From assembly GCA_002320245.1 (NCBI GenBank), contig DCKD01000044.1, positions 5,225 through 69,224 on the forward strand: a DNA stretch of 64,000 nucleotides. The letters are read 5' to 3'. Numbering within the stretch: position 1 is the first letter of the stretch; every line of letters starts with the position of its first letter. The notes below the pieces were generated by a model. That model was given only the letters and a program-made list of their open reading frames with translations. It had not been told where the DNA came from and did not search any database. This DNA is from Lachnospiraceae bacterium UBA1683 (GTDB lineage: Bacteria; Bacillota; Clostridia; Lachnospirales; Lachnospiraceae). The translations under genes and the position numbers were made by a program. Of the stretch, positions 9,805 through 18,557 are shown one piece after another.

Positions 9805-10242
9805 TTATAATTTTTTCATGGCGTTTTTTGCATTTTCCGCAACCAGTGAATTCAGACGGTCAAACTCTTTTCTGTCGTTGTCCGACAGTCCCTGAAAAAG
9901 CTGCGCGTAAAGGCTGTCCTGTGCTTTTGCAATCTTATCGGTAATTGCTGTTGCAGCGGGCATAAGAGAAAGATGAATCTTTCGGCGGTCATTCCCATCG
10001 GGTGTCCGCCTCAGCAAGTCCTTCTGAATCAGAAGTTCCACAGCATGAGAAACATTTCCCTTTGAAAGCATACGCAGCTCGACAATATCTCCGGCGGTGT
10101 CTTTCCCAGGATTGTTGTAGAGAAAGCTGATAATCGTTGCTTCAATCAGAGAAAGCCGGTACTGCTCGCAAATCTGCTTGAGTATACTTTCATGCAGTTT
10201 CGTCATCTGGCGGAAGTTGACAAGAAAATCTGTAGTATTCAT
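9805..10242 (-). CDS. MarR-family transcriptional regulator
   Basis: Winged-helix core LSLIEATIISFLYNNPGKDTAGDIVELRMLSKGNVSHAVELLIQKDLLRRTPDGNDRRK. The start was taken at MNTTDF, with GGAGG upstream. It lies directly upstream of the MATE gene. Confidence 0.85.
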   Translation of the reverse strand: MNTTDFLVNFRQMTKLHESILKQICEQYRLSLIEATIISFLYNNPGKDTAGDIVELRMLSKGNVSHAVELLIQKDLLRRTPDGNDRRKIHLSLMPAATAITDKIAKAQDSLYAQLFQGLSDNDRKEFDRLNSLVAENAKNAMKKL

Positions 10243-10343
10243 CGGAAAACCTCCTTTCGGCAAAAAAGTTCCAAATAAAACAGTTCTAAAAAGAACTAAC
10301 AATGTTATTATATATCTGAATTGTAATCTTTGCAATGTAATAC

Positions 10344-10372
10344 TTGATAAAATTGTATCAACATGGTAGAAT
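10344..10372 (+). promoter_or_regulatory. sigma-A-type promoter (TTGATA-17 nt-TAGAAT) driving the Mn riboswitch/mntP
   Basis: -35 at 10344-10349 and -10 at 10367-10372, with exact 17-nt spacing. Confidence 0.6.
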
Positions 10373-10377
10373 AAATC

Positions 10378-10510
10378 ATCTCCACGAGGGAGTAATCGGC
10401 GTATTTGATATGTTGTACTATCGACAGAATGGCGCAGGGGCGTCCGGTATTACTGTAAACGATGAGACTCATGGACAGTATTGAGACTGTCTGTGTGTCT
10501 CTCTTTTATT
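10378..10510 (+). promoter_or_regulatory. yybP-ykoY (manganese) riboswitch with terminator expression platform
   Basis: It carries the conserved GAGGGAGUA and AUUGAGAC elements, followed by a GAGAC...GUCUC hairpin and U-run at 10504-10510. It lies directly upstream of an MntP-type Mn exporter, the canonical context. Confidence 0.7.
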
Positions 10511-10535
10511 ACATACGAAAGGAAAAAACAGAGGA

Positions 10536-11099
10536 ATGGGACTTTTAGAACTTTTTATTTTGGCAGTAGGATTATCAATGGATGCATTTGCAGTTTCGGT
10601 CTGCAAGGGATTATCACTTGGGAAGATTAAGGGGAAACACATGTGTGCCGCCGGCGTCTGGTTCGGTGGATTTCAGGCGCTGATGCCATTGATTGGATAT
10701 TTTGCAGGCAAGTTTTTTGCAGATATGATAACAGAATATGACCACTGGATTGCATTTATCCTACTTGTATTTATCGGCGGGAGCATGGTGAAAGAGTCGT
10801 TCGGTGATGAAGAATGTGCTGACAGTTCCATGGATGTGAAGACCATGTTTATGCTTGCGGTTGCAACTAGTATCGATGCTCTTGCAGTTGGCGTAACATT
10901 TGCCTTTTTGAAGGTCGCAATTGTCCCGGCGGTATCCTTTATCGGGATTGTAACATTTGCCTGTTCCGCAGCGGGTGTTAAAATCGGCAGCATCTTTGGT
11001 ATGAAATATAAATCAAAAGCAGAGTTATGCGGCGGCTTGATATTGATTTTGATTGGATTGAAAATCCTCCTTGAGGGAGTCGGGATTCTCGGTGTGTGA
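10536..11099 (+). CDS. mntP: manganese efflux pump MntP family
   Basis: 187-aa membrane protein with duplicated LSMDAFAVS / TSIDALAVG motifs characteristic of MntP (DUF204). Confidence 0.88.
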   Translation: MGLLELFILAVGLSMDAFAVSVCKGLSLGKIKGKHMCAAGVWFGGFQALMPLIGYFAGKFFADMITEYDHWIAFILLVFIGGSMVKESFGDEECADSSMDVKTMFMLAVATSIDALAVGVTFAFLKVAIVPAVSFIGIVTFACSAAGVKIGSIFGMKYKSKAELCGGLILILIGLKILLEGVGILGV

Positions 11100-11303
11100 C
11101 GGACCGAATGTGTCCTTATCCGGTGGGGAAGTTATAGCCCCCGAGGCAAGCCGACGGGGCATCAAACTTGCGGCGCAGCAAGCAGCAGGGTATTTGCCTT
11201 TCGTGGCAGCCGCCAAATGTAAGCAGGCTTGTGCTTGGTCTATTGCTTGTAGGAATAAAGAATGTGGGGTGGAAACAGCGTGAGAAAAAACGGAAAGAAT
11301 AAC

Positions 11304-12518
11304 ATGGAAACTCGTGTTAAAGATAATGAAAAAACAAGTATAAAAAGCAGTGTGAAAAAAAATGCAAAAGCCAGACAGGCATGTAACATTTCAAAAAAAT
11401 GCGGGAGCTGTCAGTATCAGGGGATTTCTTATGCGGAGCAGCTAAGAAAAAAGCAGCATCAGGAGGAGACGCTTCTCGGGACATTTGGTAAAGTAAATCC
11501 GATTATCGGTATGGAGAATCCATATTATTATCGAAATAAAGTGCACGCGGTTTTTGGATGTGACCGCCGCGGCAATGCAATATCCGGCACATACGAAGCG
11601 AACAGCCACCGTGTTGTATCGGTAGAGAACTGTCTGATTGAGGATGCAAAAAGTCAGGAAATTATCCATACAATCCGCGGAATGCTGAAGTCATTTAAAA
11701 TCAAAACCTATGATGAAGACACCGGATACGGGCTGCTGCGGCATATTCTGGTCCGAAGAGGATTTAAAAGCGGAGAGATTATGGTGATACTGGTACTTGG
11801 TTCACTAATTCTTCCGTCCAAAAATAATTTTGTGAAGGCATTGCGAAAAGCTCATCCGGAGATTACAACAGTTGTACTAAATGTAAATGACAAAAGAACA
11901 AGCGTGGTACTTGGGGAAAAGGAAAAAACGATTTATGGACCTGGGTTCATTCGGGATGAATTATGCGGCTGTACATTTCGCATTTCCCCGAAATCGTTCT
12001 ATCAGGTAAATCCTGTCCAGACAGAAAAACTTTACGGTACGGCAATCACATTTGCCGGATTGAGCGGCAAAGAAACTATCATCGATGCTTACTGCGGAAT
12101 CGGAACCGTCAGCCTGATTGCGGCAAAACATGTGAAAAAAGTCATCGGTGTGGAGCTGAACAGGGATGCAGTCCGGGACGCCCGGACAAATGCAAAAGAA
12201 AACCGGATAACCAATGCAGAATTCTACCAGGGAGATGCGGGAGATTTCATGGTAGCAATGGCAGAAAAGGAACAGCGTGCAGATGTTGTATTTATGGATC
12301 CGCCACGTTCCGGAAGTGATGAAAGGTTTCTCTCCTCAGTCGTGAAATTAGGCTCCCCAAAAGTTGTGTATATTTCTTGCGGACCGGATACGCTTGCACG
12401 GGATTTGAAGTACCTGACGAAATACGGATATCAGGTGGAGAAAATACAGCCGGTGGATATGTTTCCGTTTTGCGACCATGTTGAGAGTGTCGTGTTGATG
12501 TCAAAAGTCGAGAAGTAG
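11304..12518 (+). CDS. 23S rRNA (uracil-5-)-methyltransferase, RumA/RlmCD family
   Basis: N-terminal Cys cluster (CGSCQYQ...ENC), SAM motif DAYCGIGT, and catalytic-region motifs DPPRSG and YISCGPDTLARD. The start is uncertain (11262 or 11304). Confidence 0.88.
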   Translation: METRVKDNEKTSIKSSVKKNAKARQACNISKKCGSCQYQGISYAEQLRKKQHQEETLLGTFGKVNPIIGMENPYYYRNKVHAVFGCDRRGNAISGTYEANSHRVVSVENCLIEDAKSQEIIHTIRGMLKSFKIKTYDEDTGYGLLRHILVRRGFKSGEIMVILVLGSLILPSKNNFVKALRKAHPEITTVVLNVNDKRTSVVLGEKEKTIYGPGFIRDELCGCTFRISPKSFYQVNPVQTEKLYGTAITFAGLSGKETIIDAYCGIGTVSLIAAKHVKKVIGVELNRDAVRDARTNAKENRITNAEFYQGDAGDFMVAMAEKEQRADVVFMDPPRSGSDERFLSSVVKLGSPKVVYISCGPDTLARDLKYLTKYGYQVEKIQPVDMFPFCDHVESVVLMSKVEK

Positions 12519-12738
12519 ATGTACGGAAAAGGCTTGAAAACAAGGGATTTCCGAGGTGGAGCAGATTTTGGACACAGGGCAACACGACCGGGAAATAAGA
12601 AGTTTGCTGTCAGCGGAAACATATCTACATGAAAAAATGACGGAGGGTTGAGTTGACAGCTTGTAAAATGGGTAGGTTGAGTGGATAGGTTGGATATTTG
12701 CAGGTCGAGTTGACAAGATTGATAATTTGATGAGAAAC

Positions 12739-12770
12739 GGCACCTTGTAGTGATATGAGGTGCCATTTTT
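12739..12770 (+). terminator. rho-independent terminator (GGCACCT-12 nt-AGGTGCC + T-run)
   Basis: 7-bp GC-rich stem followed by ATTTTT, about 220 nt after the methyltransferase stop. Confidence 0.6.
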
Positions 12771-12819
12771 ATGAGAGAAGATAAAGATAGAGAGGCAATC
12801 CAAGTGTAAAAGAGAATAG

Positions 12820-13374
12820 ATGTCCGGAGATCTTGCCCCGCTATTCGGAAGAAATCTGGACGGTGGGAAAGTTAGTTTGTGGATATCAGAGTTGACCTAT
12901 TTATATAGTGGTGAGAATTGCTGGAAGAAGTCTTTTCCATATGATATACTGGCAATGAGAGCAAAGGGATTAGTAAAAATTGCTATAGATGTTGTCTTTG
13001 ATTATCTCGAAGGTAAGGTTAAAGACTTTCCAGAAATAATAGAACAACTACGAAATAGTCCAGAAGCAGAGCAGAAAGTAGCCTCTTTATGGTCTGAATA
13101 TCTCTTTGAGAAAGGTCTCGTGTCAATAGGCTATAATGGTTTGTCAGATAAGCTTCTGATTTCTAATTTCCATCAGGAGGGATATTTAGATGGACTATAT
13201 GCAGGCTATGCCCTTGCGATGATGGCTATGGTAGACAACGATGCTCCCAAGGATATAATCCTTGCTGCAAGAGATTATATTCGTTCCAATTTAATAGACC
13301 ATCATTATGATGACAAAGATGAATTTATCGATTGGTATAAGGATGAGAAATATAGCTGGATTGATAAAACATGA
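12820..13374 (+). CDS. hypothetical protein (island gene A, 184 aa)
   Basis: Open frame in the AT-rich block. There is no convincing RBS at 12820, so the start is uncertain (internal Met at 12955). I recognise no family. Confidence 0.45.
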   Translation: MSGDLAPLFGRNLDGGKVSLWISELTYLYSGENCWKKSFPYDILAMRAKGLVKIAIDVVFDYLEGKVKDFPEIIEQLRNSPEAEQKVASLWSEYLFEKGLVSIGYNGLSDKLLISNFHQEGYLDGLYAGYALAMMAMVDNDAPKDIILAARDYIRSNLIDHHYDDKDEFIDWYKDEKYSWIDKT

Positions 13375-13445
13375 GAACCGTTACAGTTAAAAGTTATGAT
13401 AAAATAAAAATAGCGTATTAAGTACAAAATTACTGAGGAGGAGAA

Positions 13446-15101
13446 GTGATGTTAGACACTAAGCTATTTGCCTTGGATGCATCTTATATTAGAAGAGCTT
13501 TCCAAATGTCAGTAGAGTTGGATGTAAAGAACAGTGTATTTGGCACAGTTAAGTACAATGGAACTGTTATATATAATTGGGCAAAAAATAAATTTGTGGG
13601 TTTACAGATGCCTTCAAATATACATAATTTTTCTAAAAATCGTTCAGGGCAGGAAGTAAATGTCCTTTATAATCCGGAAAAACCCTATTTTTGTATTAAA
13701 GCATCACATCCAGATAAAACAGTTCCTGGGAGATTTTGGACTACCGAAGCAGAGATTCTTGTGAGTAACGGAAAGGTACTGTTGGGGGTAAAATTATCAT
13801 ATTCGACTCCGGTATCACAAGATAAGGAAATGATTGATTATAGTGTGCCTGTTTTTGTATGGAAGATATATAGAAATAATGGTATAGCAGATGTAAGAAG
13901 TCTTAAATCCCATGTATGGCAGATTGATGAGAAAAATATTGATGAGTTGTATGACTTTATACAAAATCGTAATAGAAGAATGCCTGTAGTGGTTATTACA
14001 GAAAGCGTGAATGTTGAAGGAGTAGGAGGACAATATTTAAGTGGTTATCTCGTAAATGGTGAAAGACTTGCTACAAAGGTAGGACTGATAGCTCATGTTG
14101 TATGCTTGGCTGATAATGTATCACAATTGTGGAATGAGAAGGTGGGAAGAAGCTGGGGTGTCTATAATGGAGCAGTGAGGACGTATTTCCCAGGCGCCGA
14201 TTTTAGTGATGAAACATATATGCAACATCCATTATCTGTAGCAAATAGAATTCTTGCGACTCATTATGAGGATGAAAAAGGAAAAGAATATATAGCTGGA
14301 GAAGCATTTGAATATGTTTTGATGAATAATCTAAGAAAGTATAATACTAATGTACACCTAGACTGGGAGAATATTGGCCATAAGTTTTATTTTGCTGCAA
14401 ATCGTGAGGAACTACGTAATAAAGAAAGAACGGTCGAGGATGCTGTATTGTTAAATGAAATGTATGAAGAACAGATACAGCAACTGGAGAAAAAAATTAA
14501 GAATCAGGAAGACGAAATAATTACAGCGATGATTGCGACAGAAAATATAGAGAAGGAACTGGAAGAAAATAGGCAAACGATTTATAGACTCAATATGCGA
14601 GTTGAGTCTTTAACATGTCAATTGGAAAAGTTGCGTGAAGGAAACCAGAGCGATATTCCTATTCTTAATGACTACACACAGTTGGTGGAGTGGGTTGAAA
14701 CGTATTTTCCAGGAAGATTAGTGTTGCACAATAGAGCTATTAGGGCATTAAAAGGGGCAGTGTTTAATGATCCAGAATTGGTTTTCAAAGCATTAAAATT
14801 GCTTGGCACAACTTACTATCAGATGCGTATGGGATATGTATCATTACAGGAATTTACAGATCAGTGCACTGAGCTTGGAATTGAAGAGGCGGGGTCCATT
14901 GCTGATACGGTAGCAGGAGAGTTAGGGGATACATATTTTGTCTCTTATCATGGGAAGAAATGTAAGCTAGAGAGACATTTAAGAAAAGGAAAAGTAAGAG
15001 ATCCTCAGTTTTGTATGAGAATATATTTCTTTTGGTCAGAGGAAGAATCCCAGATAGTTATAGGATCGTTGCCACAGCATTTGACTATAAGTACAAGTTG
15101 A
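13446..15101 (+). CDS. hypothetical protein (island gene B, 551 aa): unknown N-domain + central coiled coil + conserved-looking C-terminal domain
   Basis: Strong RBS GAGGAGGAG before GTGATG. A heptad-rich, E/K/Q-rich segment spans roughly aa 322-400. I recognise no Walker or nuclease motif. Confidence 0.75.
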   Translation: MMLDTKLFALDASYIRRAFQMSVELDVKNSVFGTVKYNGTVIYNWAKNKFVGLQMPSNIHNFSKNRSGQEVNVLYNPEKPYFCIKASHPDKTVPGRFWTTEAEILVSNGKVLLGVKLSYSTPVSQDKEMIDYSVPVFVWKIYRNNGIADVRSLKSHVWQIDEKNIDELYDFIQNRNRRMPVVVITESVNVEGVGGQYLSGYLVNGERLATKVGLIAHVVCLADNVSQLWNEKVGRSWGVYNGAVRTYFPGADFSDETYMQHPLSVANRILATHYEDEKGKEYIAGEAFEYVLMNNLRKYNTNVHLDWENIGHKFYFAANREELRNKERTVEDAVLLNEMYEEQIQQLEKKIKNQEDEIITAMIATENIEKELEENRQTIYRLNMRVESLTCQLEKLREGNQSDIPILNDYTQLVEWVETYFPGRLVLHNRAIRALKGAVFNDPELVFKALKLLGTTYYQMRMGYVSLQEFTDQCTELGIEEAGSIADTVAGELGDTYFVSYHGKKCKLERHLRKGKVRDPQFCMRIYFFWSEEESQIVIGSLPQHLTISTS

Positions 15102-15175
15102 TTTTGGAGAAAATCATGACGGCGATTAGAATTGACACTTATAAGCAACAGGATATGTGGATGTGAGGAGAACGT

Positions 15176-15955
15176 ATGAAATTAAAAAGAGAATGTAATA
15201 CTTGCGAATTTAATTTTGATGGTATTTGTGCAGGTCATGGGGAGGTATATGATTATGGAGAAAAAATAGTTGATGATACAAAGTGCTGTGATGATTGGGG
15301 GGCCAATCTTAAGTATTTTTCGGAAGTCACTGAGAATGCGCCGTGGTATATAAGGAATGATTATAAAATAAGTTTTGGTGAACTTTTGAAACGCATAGAT
15401 GATGATGAGAATGGAATCGCTCTTGAAGTGAATCTATATGATGCGATAGAGAAAATTTACGATTTAAGTTTGGTGGAGTTAGCAGAAGTATTAGGGGTAT
15501 CATTAGGTGTCATTAATTATGCTAAATATCAAGGAACTGTGGCAAAAAGGGCATCGGAATTTTCAGCTAGATTATGTATTCCAATACGTTTTTTTAATCA
15601 TTTTACAACGCACGATTTTGAAGAACTAAAGAGGTGTAAAGAAGAATTTGAGGCTAACGGTGATCCTAAATTATTTAGCGATAAAAAAATGAAATGGAAA
15701 GAAGAAAAACTAATTCCTAGAATTGAAGAATGTTTGGGTTGTACGCATACATCTGCACAAAAATATTATACGATAACACATATTGAGTGGCATAAAAATA
15801 TGGAAATAAGCGAACTAAGTAAAATGGAAAAGGAGTTTATTGAATTTATAATTCGGATTAATAAAAGGAAAGGGTACGAATTGACATCTTTTGAATATCT
15901 GATAGATGGAATTGGTTTTCCAAAGTTGCATTTGAATTATATGAAAAAGAAATAG
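15176..15955 (+). CDS. hypothetical protein (island gene C, 259 aa): N-terminal Cys cluster + putative HTH
   Basis: RBS GAGGAG 5 nt before the ATG. It has CNTCEFNFDGIC...CCDDW, and an HTH-like stretch LSLVELAEVLGVSLGVINYAKYQG. Confidence 0.7.
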   Translation: MKLKRECNTCEFNFDGICAGHGEVYDYGEKIVDDTKCCDDWGANLKYFSEVTENAPWYIRNDYKISFGELLKRIDDDENGIALEVNLYDAIEKIYDLSLVELAEVLGVSLGVINYAKYQGTVAKRASEFSARLCIPIRFFNHFTTHDFEELKRCKEEFEANGDPKLFSDKKMKWKEEKLIPRIEECLGCTHTSAQKYYTITHIEWHKNMEISELSKMEKEFIEFIIRINKRKGYELTSFEYLIDGIGFPKLHLNYMKKK

Positions 15956-15970
15956 AAATACATATCCATC

Positions 15971-16082
15971 GGTGCACCCTCTCACTGGCTTGCGTACCAT
16001 AAATTGATACAATGCACCCTTGGCTGTCAGAGGGTGCATTTTTAACGATTACCCATACTCAAAAAACGATAGGGTGCATTTG
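15971..16082. repeat. repeat A, copy 1 (112 bp; second copy at 28779-28890)
   Basis: Near-identical to 28779-28890. It contains the hairpin AATGCACCCT-10 nt-AGGGTGCATT plus T-run, and four GGGTGCA/TGCACCC words. Confidence 0.9.
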
Positions 16083-16155
16083 CCTCAGATTTATGGTATT
16101 CTATGGTAAAACACAGCGATAAAATATGATCTTCTTGAAAGGTGAGGTATTGAAT

Positions 16156-16635
16156 ATGAGTAAGGTATTAGTAGCGTATTTCAGTGCCAGCGGCGTAACA
16201 GCGAAACTGGCGAAGCGGCTTGCAGAGGCTATCGGAGCAGATTTACATGAAATTCAGCCGGAGGTTCCATACACGGATGCTGATCTGGATTGGATGGATA
16301 AAAAGAGCCGCAGCAGTGTGGAAATGAATGATAAGTTATTCCGGCCTGCTGTTGCAAACAAAGTGGAGAACATGGAGCAGTATTCAGTGATTTTCACAGC
16401 CTTCCCTATCTGGTGGTACGTTGCCCCGACTATTGTGAACACGTTTTTGGAGCAATACGATCTGACTGGAAAGACGATTATTCCGCTGGCAACTTCTGGA
16501 AGCAGTGGCATGGGGAACACAAACAAGGAACTGGCGGTTTCCTGTCCGGGAGCAGAATTAAAGGAAGGAAAGAGATTCTCTGCGAATGTAAGTGCGGAAG
16601 AACTGAAAGCATGGGCAGAAGGATTCGGGATTTAA
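16156..16635 (+). CDS. flavodoxin
   Basis: MSKVLVAYFSASGVT... and FPIWWYVAP are short-chain flavodoxin signatures. An AAAGGTGAGG RBS precedes the ATG. Confidence 0.85.
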   Translation: MSKVLVAYFSASGVTAKLAKRLAEAIGADLHEIQPEVPYTDADLDWMDKKSRSSVEMNDKLFRPAVANKVENMEQYSVIFTAFPIWWYVAPTIVNTFLEQYDLTGKTIIPLATSGSSGMGNTNKELAVSCPGAELKEGKRFSANVSAEELKAWAEGFGI

Positions 16636-16655
16636 GATACATAAAAAAGACCGAT

Positions 16656-17190
16656 AAACTTATCAATATAGACCCATAAAGTTATCTTTCATGACAACGA
16701 ATAATAAGAAATCTATGGTAACATCCTACCCGTAGTGGTAAATTATTCTACAGGAAAGGGTGCGAAGCATGGAAAATGAAGTATATGAAAAAGATTATGG
16801 AGAGGAATTCCGGGAGCGAAGCAATAAGGCAGAAGGAAAGGATTTTTTAGACACATTGATGGATGTTGGATTCTTCCAGGCGTATAAAGAAGAAATGGAC
16901 AAAATCCCAAAGCGTGTGGTTCCCAAAGAAAAAGCGGATTATGAATACTTGCTTGGAGAGTGTGACGCTTACGTCCGACAGTTCGGTGGAAGAATACGGG
17001 GCGAGGTAGATTACCAGAAATGGCAGGCTACCATTGATCTGTACCTGGAACATTTTGAGTTCTGTGACCGGGAGGCACTGACATTGCTGAAGGAGATCGC
17101 AGAGCGGGCGGAGAATGTGACGTTTTCGATGAAAGATGGGTTGCTTCGGATGTCGGTGTTCATTGGATATTTTGATGAAGTGTATTAAAA
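16656..17190. repeat. repeat B, copy 1 (about 535 bp; second copy at 29544-30078)
   Basis: Aligned by eye at above 90% identity. It includes a 113-nt leader and the whole 139-aa ORF. Confidence 0.9.
16769..17188 (+). CDS. hypothetical protein (139 aa), paralog of 29657-30076
   Basis: MENEVYEKDYGEEFRERS...; about 5 aa differ from the second copy. I recognise no family. Confidence 0.7.
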   Translation: MENEVYEKDYGEEFRERSNKAEGKDFLDTLMDVGFFQAYKEEMDKIPKRVVPKEKADYEYLLGECDAYVRQFGGRIRGEVDYQKWQATIDLYLEHFEFCDREALTLLKEIAERAENVTFSMKDGLLRMSVFIGYFDEVY

Positions 17191-17236
17191 AATGCTGCTG
17201 GCACATGAGAAAAGTTTCATGTATCAGCAGCTTTTT

Positions 17237-17659
17237 CTATCGCAGCAGTGGCATGCTGCCTGTGAGTTTATTGACTTTTTTCTTAGGACCGCAGATAGCA
17301 AGACCGAAGTATTGCAGAGTGCTTTCTGACACGTTTTCCATTTTTGAAATAAATTCATCATAGGTTTTACAGCCCTGTGCCAGATCGGAAAAGTCCACAA
17401 CGGTCAAATCCTGAAAGTCGGGTTGATAGAGCTTTTCACGGATTGCTTTGATGATTTCCGGCGAACCTTTTAAGATTGGTACAGGAAACTCGATGATTCC
17501 GAGATGCTCGTTTCCGCTCTGGTCTGTGACATTCGCACCGACCACCTCCGGCATTTCTTTTCCCAGGGTGATTCCCATGATAGCCGCTGTATTTGCGATA
17601 ATGCCAAGCGGCAGATTTTCGTCAATGACCATGACGCATTTTTCGTTCTGTAAATCCAT
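17237..17659 (-). CDS. DUF2000-domain protein
   Basis: 140 aa. KCVMVIDENLPLGIIANTAAIMGITLG...LTVVDFS matches my memory of the DUF2000 family. Confidence 0.6.
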   Translation of the reverse strand: MDLQNEKCVMVIDENLPLGIIANTAAIMGITLGKEMPEVVGANVTDQSGNEHLGIIEFPVPILKGSPEIIKAIREKLYQPDFQDLTVVDFSDLAQGCKTYDEFISKMENVSESTLQYFGLAICGPKKKVNKLTGSMPLLR

Positions 17660-17660
17660 T

Positions 17661-18557
17661 TTAGATTGCCTCCTGTTTTTGTGTCTTTCCTCTGTATTCA
17701 GAAAGAAACAGTCCGATCAGTGCCAGGACCGTACCAATGCCGGACATCACGGTTACTTTTTCGTTCAGGATGAAGGCGGATGTGACAACCGTAATAACCG
17801 GAACTAAGTAAATGTAAATGCTTGTTTTGACAGCACCCAGAATCTTCACAGCCATGTCCCAGGTGACGAAACAAAGTGCGGATGCGCCCAGTCCCAGGAA
17901 GATCAGATTCCCCAGGTAGACTGGATCTGCAAACCGTTCTGCTCCGATACGGAAGTCAAACAGGAATAGTGCAGGTATCATAAATATAATGCCATAGGCA
18001 AATACCCGCCTTGTAGTCTGGATGGTATGATATCCGAATTCGCTGATTTTCCGGATGAGTACAGAGTAACAGGCCCACACGACTGCCGCAGCTACTGCCA
18101 GCAAGTCACCGATGGGATTTAACTGCATCTTTGCTCCGTTGAAGCTAATCAGGCAGATGCCGGTCATTGCAACTATAAATCCTATGAAAAAATTTGTACG
18201 CAGCTTTTCTTCCTTTGTAAACAGGTGGGTGAGCATCGCTGTGAAAAAGGGTGCTATGGAGATGATCACACCTACATTGGAGGCCATTGTATAAGTCAGG
18301 GCAATGTTCTCCAGCAGATAATACAGGCACACGCCGCACAGTCCCGCCGCTGCAAAGACAGCTTCCTGCCGTTTGGTAGTGCCTCTCATCCGGTGGGGAT
18401 AGACGATCAGCAGTGCCAGAAATCCCAGGATAAACCGGAAGAACAGGATTTCTATCGGTTCAAAATCCACTAACAGCACCTTGGTGGAGATGAAGGTAGT
18501 TCCCCATATCAGGATCGTTACCAGCGCCGCCAGATGCCCGGTTGTTTTTTTACTCAT
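17661..18557 (-). CDS. DMT-superfamily (EamA-like) transporter
   Basis: 298 aa, 10-TM-like, with two EamA-type halves (ILIWGTTFISTK..., AVVWACYSVLIRK...). Confidence 0.85.
   Translation of the reverse strand: MSKKTTGHLAALVTILIWGTTFISTKVLLVDFEPIEILFFRFILGFLALLIVYPHRMRGTTKRQEAVFAAAGLCGVCLYYLLENIALTYTMASNVGVIISIAPFFTAMLTHLFTKEEKLRTNFFIGFIVAMTGICLISFNGAKMQLNPIGDLLAVAAAVVWACYSVLIRKISEFGYHTIQTTRRVFAYGIIFMIPALFLFDFRIGAERFADPVYLGNLIFLGLGASALCFVTWDMAVKILGAVKTSIYIYLVPVITVVTSAFILNEKVTVMSGIGTVLALIGLFLSEYRGKTQKQEAI

Noticed and set aside
12431-12803. Two overlapping minus-strand ORFs (111 and 100 aa) downstream of the methyltransferase.
   Set aside because: They overlap each other and the methyltransferase 3' end, have no RBS, and span the plus-strand terminator. 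They are treated as non-coding.
15990-16045. The inverted repeat AATGCACCCT-10 nt-AGGGTGCATT in repeat A, considered as a tyrosine-recombinase core site.
   Set aside because: It is followed by a T-run directly after a stop codon, so a rho-independent terminator is the simpler reading. The second copy has a decayed right arm, and no recombinase gene is present. The repeated GGGTGCA words remain unexplained.
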